From Antechinus flavipes (lineage: Eukaryota), in the NCBI RefSeq assembly GCF_016432865.1, contig NC_067401.1:196478001-196542000 (forward strand): 64,000 nt of DNA. Reading direction: 5' to 3'. The translations under genes and the position numbers were made by a program. Below are positions 53,391 to 64,000 of the stretch, in pieces; positions within the stretch are counted from its first letter, which is position 1; every line of letters begins with the position of its first letter. The notes beneath the pieces were generated by a model. It saw only the letters and a program-made list of their open reading frames with translations, ran no database searches and was not told the origin of the DNA.

Positions 53391-55758
53391 ATAAGAGAGA
53401 GAGATATTGTCTCATCTGGAGCCAGAGTCCCTGACCAACACCGCATGCCCACAGCCATTTACCCCTCACTGAGGTGGATGGAGAATAAGTCTCAGTTACC
53501 AGGATGTTCTCCTAGTAGAGAACAATACAGACTTATCTTCTTGATTTGGGAAAAGTCTAATGTTCATAGGAATTGGGGGAAAAAAGAGGGGGATGAAAGT
53601 CCTTCTCAAGGGGTTGTGGGATCTGAATTTCAAGACTTTCCTCCCAGCGCTGGCAGCTACTACAGAAATGTCCCCACTGCCTCATCTCATACTTTTCTGG
53701 AGTTTAACAAATTTCCAGTGAAGGAGATGGAAGGTAGCCCTACAAAGGACAAAGGCAATTGGGGGGCAAAGTAGGAAGGACAGTGGATTTGCAGTCAGAG
53801 GCCCTGGCTTTGAATCCCAGCTGACTTCAGTATTACTGAATACTTTGTTACTCTGGGAAAACCATTTCATCTCAGCTGCCTCCTATGTAAATGAAGGGGT
53901 TAGACTGGGGCTCTCTAAATCTTAAGATCCTGTGACAAGGAACAGTGTTGCATGGAAGGGGACTTTCCCAGGAGACACAGAAACTGCACGATGAGAAGTG
54001 GTCAACAGCAGCAAGAGAACACACACACAATTATGGGACTGGGAGAGCGGATGATGCTGGAGGCTGGCCAGGCCTCTGCCTGCCTCTAAGCCCTCTCAGA
54101 ACAGGCAGACCTTTCCAAAAGGTAGAAGCCGCTGGGGTCTTTGGGCACAGCAGAAGGCTCTACCAGGGATGGAGGACATGGGCTTAGGATGCCCAGCTTT
54201 GTAGCCAGGCTTGTGCCTGGCATGGGACAGGGTATCAGCTGCCATAACAGTATCATGGCCATAAAAGGCAAAGGAAATCAACAGTACCTTTGAGACCTAA
54301 AGCTATGAATTGTCAACTGTCTTGACCTGAGTGCACATATTCACAGCCTTGCTAGGACTGGGCAACCTAGAAAAGAGAAAGACAGTGGGAGTCTTGAAAC
54401 ACTGGGCTATAGGATCTCCTTCCCCCCTGCCAGGCCTTCCTACTCTTTCCAAACAAGGATTTGACAAATTATATCATCAATATTGGCCAGAGCTTTTCCT
54501 TCTGGCCTCTCCCCTCATTCCCCCACTCTTGACCAAAGACCCTAAGCTCAGGTTCCCAGGGGCCAGCCCAAGACACCATGTCAAGGCTGTTAAACATCAT
54601 GCTGTCCTGGATCTGCGTCATGCAGCAGCCTGCAGCCTGCACTTAGAGAAAAAGGAAAGTGTTGGGAAGAAGAGAACTAGAGAGGTTTTCTGTCTCAGGG
54701 TAAGGAGTTTCTCTTTCTACATTTAGGGCTTCAGAGGGGAGCAGAGGATGACAATCATCACTGAACAAAGGCTGTTGTGTGAGCAGGGACTGTGTTTATA
54801 TTTCCCACATCACAGGGCCCTATCCATAGTCGATATTCAGTAAATGTCGATGGAATGAATTAATGAATGACAAATGAACCCAGAGTATGCTGTGAACATG
54901 ACAATACAGGTTAATGGGAAAGTTTTTGGGAGTTACCAACACATTTTAAGACAACCTGGGAAAAAAGTGTAAGAATGGACTGACCATTAGGTCATGCTGG
55001 ACTTGATGTCATCTTGGGGAGTTGGGTCAACTCCAGAGCCCAGGGAATTACAGACAGGAATGAACCTCATCCTAGAGCAGAACACTGGGATTCAAAGACA
55101 CAGGATGCTACTTGTCCTAGAAAGTCTATCTCAGTTGTTCTCAGGTCCACATCCAAGGCAACCCTGACTGGAATTTGGAAAAGCACCGACAGGCACATAA
55201 GCAGCTTATAGCCACCTGAGTATGTAATTCTTTTTTCTCATGTATTCAGAAGAACAGTAAACTAAGAGCAAAATGTTTTTTTGAAATTGGAAAATGAAGC
55301 AGTCAGAGTTCTTGCAGGCTAGCTGCCAGCACCACTTATTTGGTCAATGGATGGAGAACTTGGGAGACCTTAGATGAGTTGGTTAAGAGATCAGACCCAG
55401 GTATTTCCGCTAGAGAGCTAAACAGCAAACAGATGTTTGCATCAAAGGATACTGAGAATTACCCACCTGTATTTGACCTACTGCCCCAAGAACTGGACCA
55501 TTCTGTCGAGATGACTAAGGGAGGAAAACAGAACTAAATACAAGTAGTCAGGTATACCAGTGCCCATGCTCACCAAACATCCCTAGCCCAAGGATATCTA
55601 ATATGGAAACTAGTATGAATCACAGGAAGGGAAAAAATGGAGAAGGTAGTTATGCTAGAGTGTCAAGACCAGTGGAAATGGAGACAGAGAATATGGATTT
55701 TCAAATTTATATTTAGCTTTTATACAAAGATGAACTATATGTTTACACAGGATAAGTT

Positions 55759-57560
55759 TGAAGAGGGGACCCCAAAACTCTGAAAATCCTTAAAGGAGAA
55801 AATCTCCTTCAACTCTGTCTCAGTGAGGGACTCCACCCTGAAGGACAGTTTCATCTTTGTTATCTGTGTGGGGTGGGCTCAGTCCTGAAACCCATTGAAT
55901 TCAATTCAAATTCTAGCCCTGGCTGAATCCCAGGGAGGAGCTAACTTGGGACTCCACCCACGTGCCCCCTTTAACTAAATCTCTTATTATAAAAAGAGTC
56001 AAACTAAAATCCTTTCTTTGCAGAGGTTCCAAACATGCCATGCTATGCTATGCTATGCTTGGCACTCCAAGGGCCTTTGTCCACTGGAATACTTTTCCCA
56101 GTGCTATCCTCTCTTTACCCTCACCTATTTCCCTAACCAGACTTTAACCTTACTTCCAATCCCCATAATAAACCTCTTTTATCAATCTAGGTTTTGGGGC
56201 CTGTAAATTCCTTTACAGGGAGCCTCTGTGCTGCCAGAAGGAAGTTCCCCAAAACTCCCTACTCTTGCGCCGAATCCTGAGGGGTTGTAGGGGAGCCAAA
56301 CCCCTTCATTTGATTCCCTGAACCCCAAACCTGCCACTAGACATTATCATTTAACTCCCTGATCACCAGAAACCCTAATTTCATCTGGGTTCCCTAAATC
56401 TAAACCTCATCATTTGATTCCCTGACCAAAATCCTCGAAACTTAGACATAATTTAGCGAACAAACAGAACCCTAACTTTTTCAGGGCACCCAAAACCAAT
56501 TTGCGTTTTGAGCCTTTGGTGCAGTATTCTTCCAGGAAGAATACCTGCATTCCTTCTTTTGTCTCACCCTATCTCTAAAGGTAGTAGGCACACAGACTGG
56601 GTGTGGGCTGTGGGCCTTATTCCCAGGGTGTGGGGGGATATTTGCATTTTCTGACAAAAAGGCCTCTTTTTGTCATACTTTATTTTTACAGATAGTGGGA
56701 CTAAGATGAGCAGAGATGCTTGGCTTGAGGAAACTCCCTCCCTCCAAATCCTTCCAGAAACAAAGGACCTTCTTTTGCATCTCAAGGCATTCCTAAATCT
56801 TTTTTCTCTCACCAGAAAGCCCTGCTCTCAGGCAGGAACTCTGAGACACAAGAGGAAGTGTCTCTTTAACAGTCCCTCCCACAGACCATGGCCCTTCTGG
56901 GGACCCCACCCCTCTCAGGGGTCCCAGGCTAGCACTCTCTGATTGGTTCTGGGGAGATAATGGGAGAAACTTAAGAGAATCTGTGTTTGAGTCCTTCTCC
57001 CACTCCACTGTTAAATACAATGGAGTCTCTAATGGCCAGGCCCTAGCCACGAGGAGAAAGGTCATTGAAATGGGGTGAGCTTGAAGACATCTCTTTACCC
57101 ACAGCTACTACTCCCTGGACAGGGGTAAGCGGTCTCTCCTTCAGATCTTGCTCTCCCAGCAAGATTTGGGGGCTTAGACGAGCACCCCCCTAAAGTTCCA
57201 GCATGGAATCGCCAGAGGAGCCCTCGATATTCAGGATGCACTGCTCTGGGTAAGATGGCATCTCTTTCTCCCCCACCCTCGCTCTGGCCTTTCCTCCCCC
57301 TTCCCCACGAAGTGGGGATCACAAAACTCAAGTCAAATTAAATTAAGAGAGTAAAGATAGCTTCTTTCTTTCTTTTCTCTTCTCATTCCCTGACTGCAGC
57401 AGGAAATGAGGAATTAGGGGGAGAGACTGAAACTATTTGAAAACTCCTTAACCACTTTAGAAGATCCTTGCTCCTGAGAAAGTGGTTGAATTATTGTTAA
57501 CATTTTAACTGTATCCCTGTGTTTAAATAATTTTACTGTTGCCTTTGCAGGATAGATTTT
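55759..57560 (+). mobile_element. ERV 5' LTR (55759-56412) with PBS and truncated internal leader/gag-like region
   Basis: TG at 55759, TATAAAAAG at 55988, AATAAA at 56167 and CA at 56411-56412. Then TGATTCCCTGACC (56415-56427) matches the tRNA-Glu(CTC) PBS TGGTTCCCTGACC at 12/13. No 3' LTR is seen. Confidence 0.6.
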
Positions 57561-57854
57561 CTTAGATCACTGATTGAATAAAGTTGCTAAGTCTTTCACA
57601 GATGATTTGTCTTGTTAGTATTGTTGTTAGTATACACAATGTACTCCTGGTTCTGATCTATTCATTTTGCATGGTTTATTTCTCCATTTTTTCTGAAACT
57701 GTCTTGCTCATCATTTCTTATAGCACAATTGTACCACTATCATATCATGACAATCATATGCCACCATTTATTCAGTCATTTCCCCAATTGATGGGCTTCC
57801 CCTTGATTTTCAAATAGAGGTTTTCTAAATATTTTTGTACAGATACAACATACT

Positions 57855-57885
<31 letters not shown>

Positions 57886-59760
57886 GCTGAGTTGGGGTTA
57901 AGTGACTTGCCCAGGGTCACACAGGTAGGAAGTGTTAAGTGTCTGAGGTCACATCTGAACTCGGGTCCTCTTGACTTCAGGGCTGGTGCTCTATACACAC
58001 TGGGCCATCTAACTGACCCCATACTTCCTTTTCTTTGATCTCTTCGGAATATACATCTAGTAGTGATATTGCTGGATCAAAAGTTACAGTTTTACAGCTC
58101 TTTGCTCATAGTTTCAAAGTGGACTCCAAAACGTCTAGAGTAGTTTATAACTCCACCAACAATACAAGAGTTCCCCATTTGTCCACATTCCCCTCTAGCA
58201 TTTTTCATTTTCTTTTACACTCATTCTCCAATTTCCCTCCATTCCATTTTTCCTCCTAATTCTCTTCTCACTCCTTTCATCCTCACTCCCTCAATGTCTT
58301 TCCAATCCCAGCCTTTACTTAGATTCTTCCCTTACTAATTTATTATCTGGTAAGATAAATTTATATATTTAACTGATTATGTATACTATTGCCTCTTTGA
58401 TCCAATATTGAAAAAAGTAAGGTTGAAGTGATTCCAATCACCCACTCTCCTGTCATCCCCTCATTTTAATAGGTCATTGGCTCTTCTTCATGTGAAATAA
58501 TTTATATGTTTTACCACTCTCTTCTTCATTCACTCAGTGCTCTTCTTTTTTGTATCCCTTAATTATTTTTATGTCATTTCCTCAAATTCACCTTTTACTC
58601 ATATCCTTTGTCTATGTATATTTCTTCTAGCTTTACTATTAGTGGTATAATTTTTAAGAATCACAAGTATCATCTTCCCATGTAGAGATGTAAATACTTC
58701 AAGATTCATTGAATCCCTTATATTTTCTTCTTCCCTTTTCCTTTTTTTCAGTTTCTCTTGTGTCTTGATATTGGAAATCATATTTCTTGTTCAATTCTGG
58801 TCTTCCACTTTGAAAACTTGAAATCCTTCTATTTCATTCAATGGTCATTTTTTCCCTTTGAGTAGTATGCTTAATTTCACCAGGTAGGTGGTTTTTGATT
58901 ATAGTCCTTCTTCCTTTGCCTTCTGATATATCACGTTTGGTGAATCTCAATCCTTTAATGTTTACCTGGTAAGTCCATTGTAATCCTGATTGTGAATTCC
59001 TGTCATTTGAATTGTTTCTTTTTGGACATTGACACTAATTTTTTTTTAGACTTGGTAGTTTTGTAATTTGGCTGTAATGCTCCTTGGAGTTTTTATGTTG
59101 GGATTTTTTCTCTGAGGTAACCTGGTGGATTCCTTCAAAACCTGTTTTGCCCTCTGATTCCAGGATATCAGGAAAGTTTTCCTTGATAATTTCTTGATAG
59201 ATGGTATCTGAACCCTCCTTTTGATTATGCTTTATAATTCTGACACTATCTCTCTTTGATCTTTTTGCTAGGTAAGGTTTTTTTTTTTTTTTTTTGCCAA
59301 TGTGGTATTTTACATTTTCTTCTTTTTTTCATAGTTTTGAATCTGTTTGATTAATTCATATTGTCTCAGAGAGTCATTAGCTACCACTTGCCCAATTCTA
59401 TATTATAAAGAGTTGTTTCCCCTAGTTAGCTTTTGCACTTCCTTTTCCATTTGCTTAATTGTAATTTTTTAGGAACCTGTTTTCTTTGTTGGCTAATTCT
59501 TTTTCATTTGGCTAAATCTACTTTTTAAGCTGTTGTGTTTTTTTCCTCCAAGCTTTTGAATATTTTTCATATTTCTTTCACATATCTTTCATTTTTTCCC
59601 CAATTTTTCTTCTATTTCTTTTACTTGATGTTAAAATCCATTTTGAGGTCTTCCAAGAGAACCTTTTGAGCCTGAGAATTCATATTCCCCTTTGAGGCTT
59701 CACTTCTGAGTTGTGTGTTCTTCTCTTCCCTTAAAGCTAATAGCTTTTTATAGTCAGGGA
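57560..59760 (-). mobile_element. Old L1 fragment (ORF1/inter-ORF region) with a nested SINE at 57859-58020
   Basis: T-rich + strand with degenerate L1 ORF1-like translations on the minus strand. The SINE is flanked by a CATACTTCCTTTT duplication. Confidence 0.65.
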
Positions 59761-60000
59761 TTTTTAAAAATCATTTTTAAAAAGTTGAAATCTGCTTCTA
59801 AGGCACAGGGGAAATTGTCTCAAGCTTCTTTGCTGGAGGACTGGGGTCTTGTAACTGACTTTCCACACTGAAGATCATTAGTTTCCACTATTGAACCACC
59901 TGAGAATGTCAAGGACTTTGAGTCTCTATAACTCTAATATTGAAAAATTAGATCTCAGTGGCTCAACTCTATTGACCTTTCACCCTCTTATTTTTTCTAG

Positions 60001-61721
60001 ATTCTAGTGTAGATGTGTGGGGACATGATGAGCAATGAGCAGCAGAGAAAATTTTCAGACACCTGGACCGTGAGCCACAGTTACCTCCTCCTGGGACCCT
60101 GGCCCCTCCTTCTCTTCAGGGCCTTGTGGAATTCCAAGATGTTTCCTTTGCTTATCCCACCCACCCAACCAAGCCTGTCCTCCAGGTGTGTGAAATTGGG
60201 AGGAAACCCAGAATCCAGTTTTGTAGCCCTCAGCTTGCTTCTGTGTGACAGGCGTGGTGGGGCTGAACCTGGTTTTTAATCTTGATTTTCCTGAGTTACC
60301 AGGTGGTGATTGCCTCATGATGAGGAAGGAAATCTTCCTCCATTATTCTAACTGATTATTGTCTCCTTTCCCCTTCTCCTTCAGGGAGTGACATTTACTT
60401 TACACTCTGGGAAGGTGACAGCCTTAGTAGGGCCCAATGGAGCTGGGAAGAGCGCAGTGGCTGCATTGCTACAGAACCTGTATCAGTCCACAGGCTGCTG
60501 GGGGGAACCCTTGTTCCAGTACCAGTGCTAGCATCTGCATTCACAGGGAGCAGGGATAAGGAGGAAAGGGAGATGAAGCTGAGGAAGGAAACACTGGGAG
60601 AAGTAGGTGGGCAGGACTGGGGAAGAGAAAAAGAGATTTCTTCTCATGAAGACCTGTGGGAAGGGCTTCTTGGGTCCCTGCCCTGGGTTGCCTCACCTGG
60701 TGCTCCCTTCCCACACAGGTGTCGGTGGTAGGTCAGGAGCCTGTGCTGTTCTCAGGGTCTGTGAGAGACAACATCACCTGTGGGCTGGACAGCTGTGGGG
60801 ATGATGCGGTGAGGGCCGCTGCCCGCGCAGCCCGTGCTGATGGATTCATCGCCAGTGTGGAACATGGACTGGACACAGGAACCTTCACCGATCTACATGA
60901 CCGGGACAATGAGTTTGTAAATGAAAGGGAATGTGACCAATCTGTGATGAGGTCATCAGGTACCCCTGGGTACACTAACTCTAAAGCTGGTATTCCCCAT
61001 GTTTCCTTCTTCCCTCCACCTTATTTCTATGAAAGTATTTGCGTGTGCTCCCCAGGCTTTTTGCCCAGGAGACCCTGTGATATGTCACCTCTCCCTGGAT
61101 GGCACCATTGTGCACACATCCCCAGGACTCTCTCAGTCTGATCTGAGGGGAAATGGCAGAGGAAAGACTGGGGACAAAAGAGTCTTTCCCTTGCACAGAA
61201 TAGTCACAGGACCCTGTCTCTGAGGAAGGCTATATTCTCTGCCTCTACAGCTGTGGGGGAAAGGGAAGCCGGGTGTCTGCAGGACAGAAGCAATGTCTGG
61301 CCATTGCTCTGATCCTTGTGAGGAATCCCCGTGTCCTCATCCTGGCCACCAGTGCCCAGGACATGGACTGTGAGCAGGAGGAAAGGGCGAGGGGCTGGGC
61401 AGAAGGCACATGGGGATCCCCTACCCACTGAGGGGCTACATTTCCTTTATTATCTTAGGTGCAGTAAGCAGGGCTGGGGCAGGCTGCAGGTTTGTGAGTT
61501 TGTTTCTCTAATGGCCACTTTTCTCACCCTCAGCTTCAGGAGAAGATGCTGCAGGAGGTCGGACAGTGCTGGTGATTGCACATCGGCTGCAGACGGTGCA
61601 GGCTGCTGACCACATCCTGGTGCTGGAGCAAGGGGAGGCGCTGGAGCAGGGGACCCACACTGGGCTCATGGCTCAGAGAGGTCTCTGTCATCGCCTGGGG
61701 CAACGACACCTTGAAGCCTGA
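60001..61721 (+). pseudogene. TAP2: TAP2 pseudogene, exons 8-12 only (end of TM region and NBD)
   Basis: Exon 8, 60001-60185: [26 protein letters not shown], with TAG at 60010 and a 4-bp deletion. Exon 9, 60385-60546: Walker A, deletions and an in-frame TAG. Exon 10, 60719-60878: VGQEPVLFSGSVRDNI. Exon 11, 61251-61380: SAGQKQ, a 1-bp deletion, and the Walker B DE codons deleted. Exon 12, 61534-61721: [12 protein letters not shown] with a frameshift. These motifs are TAP2-type, not TAP1-type. Confidence 0.93.
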
Positions 61722-62819
61722 GTCCCTGGAGAAAGTGTGTGTATGTGTCTCTGTGTGTGTTTTTTAATAGGAAGTTGGATTTAGGTTTGGGTCAAGGTCT
61801 CAGATCCAAGGCAATCCTTGCTCTGTGTACCACTAGACTGGCATCCTATATAGTAGCCATTATATCTTGGGAGATGATGGGGCCTTGGACAAGAGGTACC
61901 CCCAGGACTATCCCTTTGAAGAGACTTTGTTGCTTTCCTATTTCTGTTTTGAATCATTGCATACCTGTGTGTGAATGTGCCAATCAATACATTTATTTTT
62001 TTTAAAGATAAGCATAAAGATGAGAGAGAGAAGTAACTCGATGTTATTTTTGTTGGGCTCTGCATACTTCTGAATAGAAGATCAGAAATGGTCTTGCTAG
62101 AGCTCAGCTGTTTTTATTCCAGGTTATTGGGGCCAACTCAAGATGGGACCCTACAAGCTTAGTGCTTTCAAAATGGGCTGATCCAGGGCAAAAAATTAAT
62201 TGTTGAACTAGAACAGAACTAGAGAACATTATGAAATGCAAAACGCATAATTTTAAATTACATTAAATTAAAAAGTTTTTGCGCAGAAAATCAATGTAGC
62301 AAAATTAGAAGGAAAGCAGAAAGCTGGGAGAACATTTTACAATCAAGGTTTCTGGTTGTTGTGGAAGTTCTAATTGAGAGCTCAAAGTATAAGAGCCCTT
62401 TGATCTCAGAAGGGATGAATGAGGCGGGAGATTCATAGAGTGTGAAAAGAGCTCCAGTTTATTATGCTGTACAGCCTTGCTGATATACATTTTTGCAAGT
62501 GTGAATGAACAGTAAGCAACCCCCAATCACCATTCAGAAAAGCAGCTCTTGGGTTTTGCTTATGCATGGGTTAGCCAATGGGAGGAGAGCCAACCTAGCC
62601 ACTCAGCAACTTGCTCAAGGCAAGAGGCCCTGTCGAGCATCCCTGTTTATGAGCAACTACTTCTGACCCTCAGACTGTCCCCTTTCCCAGTCCCACATCA
62701 CTGCTCCTTGCTTCAAGGGGGTTTCTGTAATCTACAAGAAAACTTATTGTGCACCAAAGATAAAGGTGACATCTGTACTGATAAAGGCCTCTTTCTAAAA
62801 TATATAGAGAATTATATAA

Positions 62820-63480
62820 TAAGAATTCAAATTTATAAGAAATAAATCATTCCCTAATTGATAAAATGGTCAAGGGATATGAACAGAGAAATTAAAGCCA
62901 TCTATATCATATAAAAAAGTGCCCTAAATCACTATTGATTAGAGAAATGCAAATTAAGACAACCCTGAAGTTCCCCATAACAGCTCTCAGATTGGATAAC
63001 AGGAGAAGATAATGATAAATGTTGGAGGGAATATGAGAAAACCAGGACACTAATACATTTTTGGCAGAGTTGGGAAACAATCCAGTCATTCTGGAGAGCA
63101 ATTTGGAACTACACCCACTAGAAAAAATTAAAGTGACTCCATTGTTCCACTGTCCACCTACACAATGGGCAAAGTTGACAGAAAAGGAAAAGGAGAAATG
63201 TTGGAAGATCTGCAAAGTAGGCACAAGAATGCACCGCTGATGTAGCTGGCTGTAGCAGCCACTCTAGAGCATCATTTGGAAGTATGATTTAGAAAAAAAA
63301 AATCATTAGACCAGCTACACCCCTCCTTGATTTATACTTTAAAGAATTCAAAGTGGAAAAGATTTTTCTGTACAAAACCTCTTTTTAAATAGTACCAAGA
63401 ACTTGAAATAGAAGAGAAGCCCATCAATTGGGGAATAGTTGAAAAATTAGGATGATAATGTAATGGAATAGTCTATTATA
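62820..63480 (+). mobile_element. Degenerate L1 ORF2 C-terminal fragment
   Basis: Homologous to 9750-10250 (aattgataaaatggtcaagggatatgaacag; atcactattgattagagaaatgcaaattaagacaac). Confidence 0.75.
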
Positions 63481-63714
63481 AAATTACGATGTATTAACAT
63501 ATACACATATGGCTATAATTGCAACATAATTACAGTGTCTCAAAATGCGTTCCTGACAGATAAGAAAGCTTAGGAGAGGAGCCGATTCACAGTCGCCCAG
63601 GTAAGGGCAGAAAGGGAAGCAGACCCAGGGCTCCTGAATCTCCCAGATCCTGACTTTAGGCTTCACTCGCTGTCCCTCTCGGGCAGTTATCGCTCCTTGG
63701 TCCTTTTTAAGCAG

Positions 63715-63953
63715 CCGGAGAAAGGGGGCGGAGCTGAGGATCAGAAGCGGAGAAAGGGGGCGGAGCTGAGGATCAGAAGCGGAGAAAGGGGGCGGAGCTG
63801 AGGATCAGAAGCGGAGAAAGGAGGCGGAGCTGAGGATCAGAAGCAGAGAAAGGGGGCGGAGCTGAGGATCAGAAGCGGAGAAAGGGGGCGGAGCTGAGGA
63901 GCAGAAGCGGAGAAAGGGGGCGGAGCTGACAACCCGAAGGGGAGAAAGGGGCG
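63715..63953. repeat. 32-bp GC-rich minisatellite, about 7.5 copies
   Basis: Unit GCGGAGAAAGGGGGCGGAGCTGAGGATCAGAA starting at 63715, 63747, 63779, 63811, 63843, 63875 and 63907, with a partial unit at 63939. The inner units differ by at most 1 base. Confidence 0.97.
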
Positions 63954-64000
63954 TTTCTGATTTAACTGAACTTTTGTTTGATTTCGAGTTTGTCTCCCGC

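Noticed and set aside
54520-54650. Weak TAP2-like words on both strands (TMSR; IQD...RVFGQE)
   Set aside because: The matches are short, mutually inconsistent in strand and exon, and likely chance.
63715-63953. CRISPR-like array
   Set aside because: The units are head-to-tail with no unique spacers in a vertebrate genome, so it is a minisatellite.

Overview
Vertebrate genomic DNA from a marsupial MHC. The gene set and repeat landscape suggest a dasyurid such as the Tasmanian devil, but the species is an inference. The window holds an intact-looking MHC class I heavy-chain gene (+, 4887-9104; probably a non-classical UK-like locus) about 18 kb from the antigen-processing cluster: PSMB9 (-, 27450-30912), TAP1 (+, 31503-42488) and PSMB8 (+, 48131-51021). 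All three cluster genes have complete, correctly phased exons. Where TAP2 is expected, only a decayed pseudogene (exons 8-12, 60001-61721) survives. A second TAP2 relic (exon 6, 17248-17450) and a class I alpha-1 exon relic (13848-13998) lie between the class I gene and PSMB9. The most unusual structure is the 3' end of the class I gene: a broken exon 6 acceptor, a weak exon 5 donor, a duplicated terminal exon, and an inverted copy of its own transmembrane exon (about 90% identical) just upstream of the first canonical poly(A) signal. The rest is L1, L2, CR1, SINE and LTR repeats, two assembly gaps and a 32-bp GC-box minisatellite. There are no prokaryotic features, and most ORF-track entries are noise. 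Coordinates were read by hand, and comparisons with human sequences are from memory.
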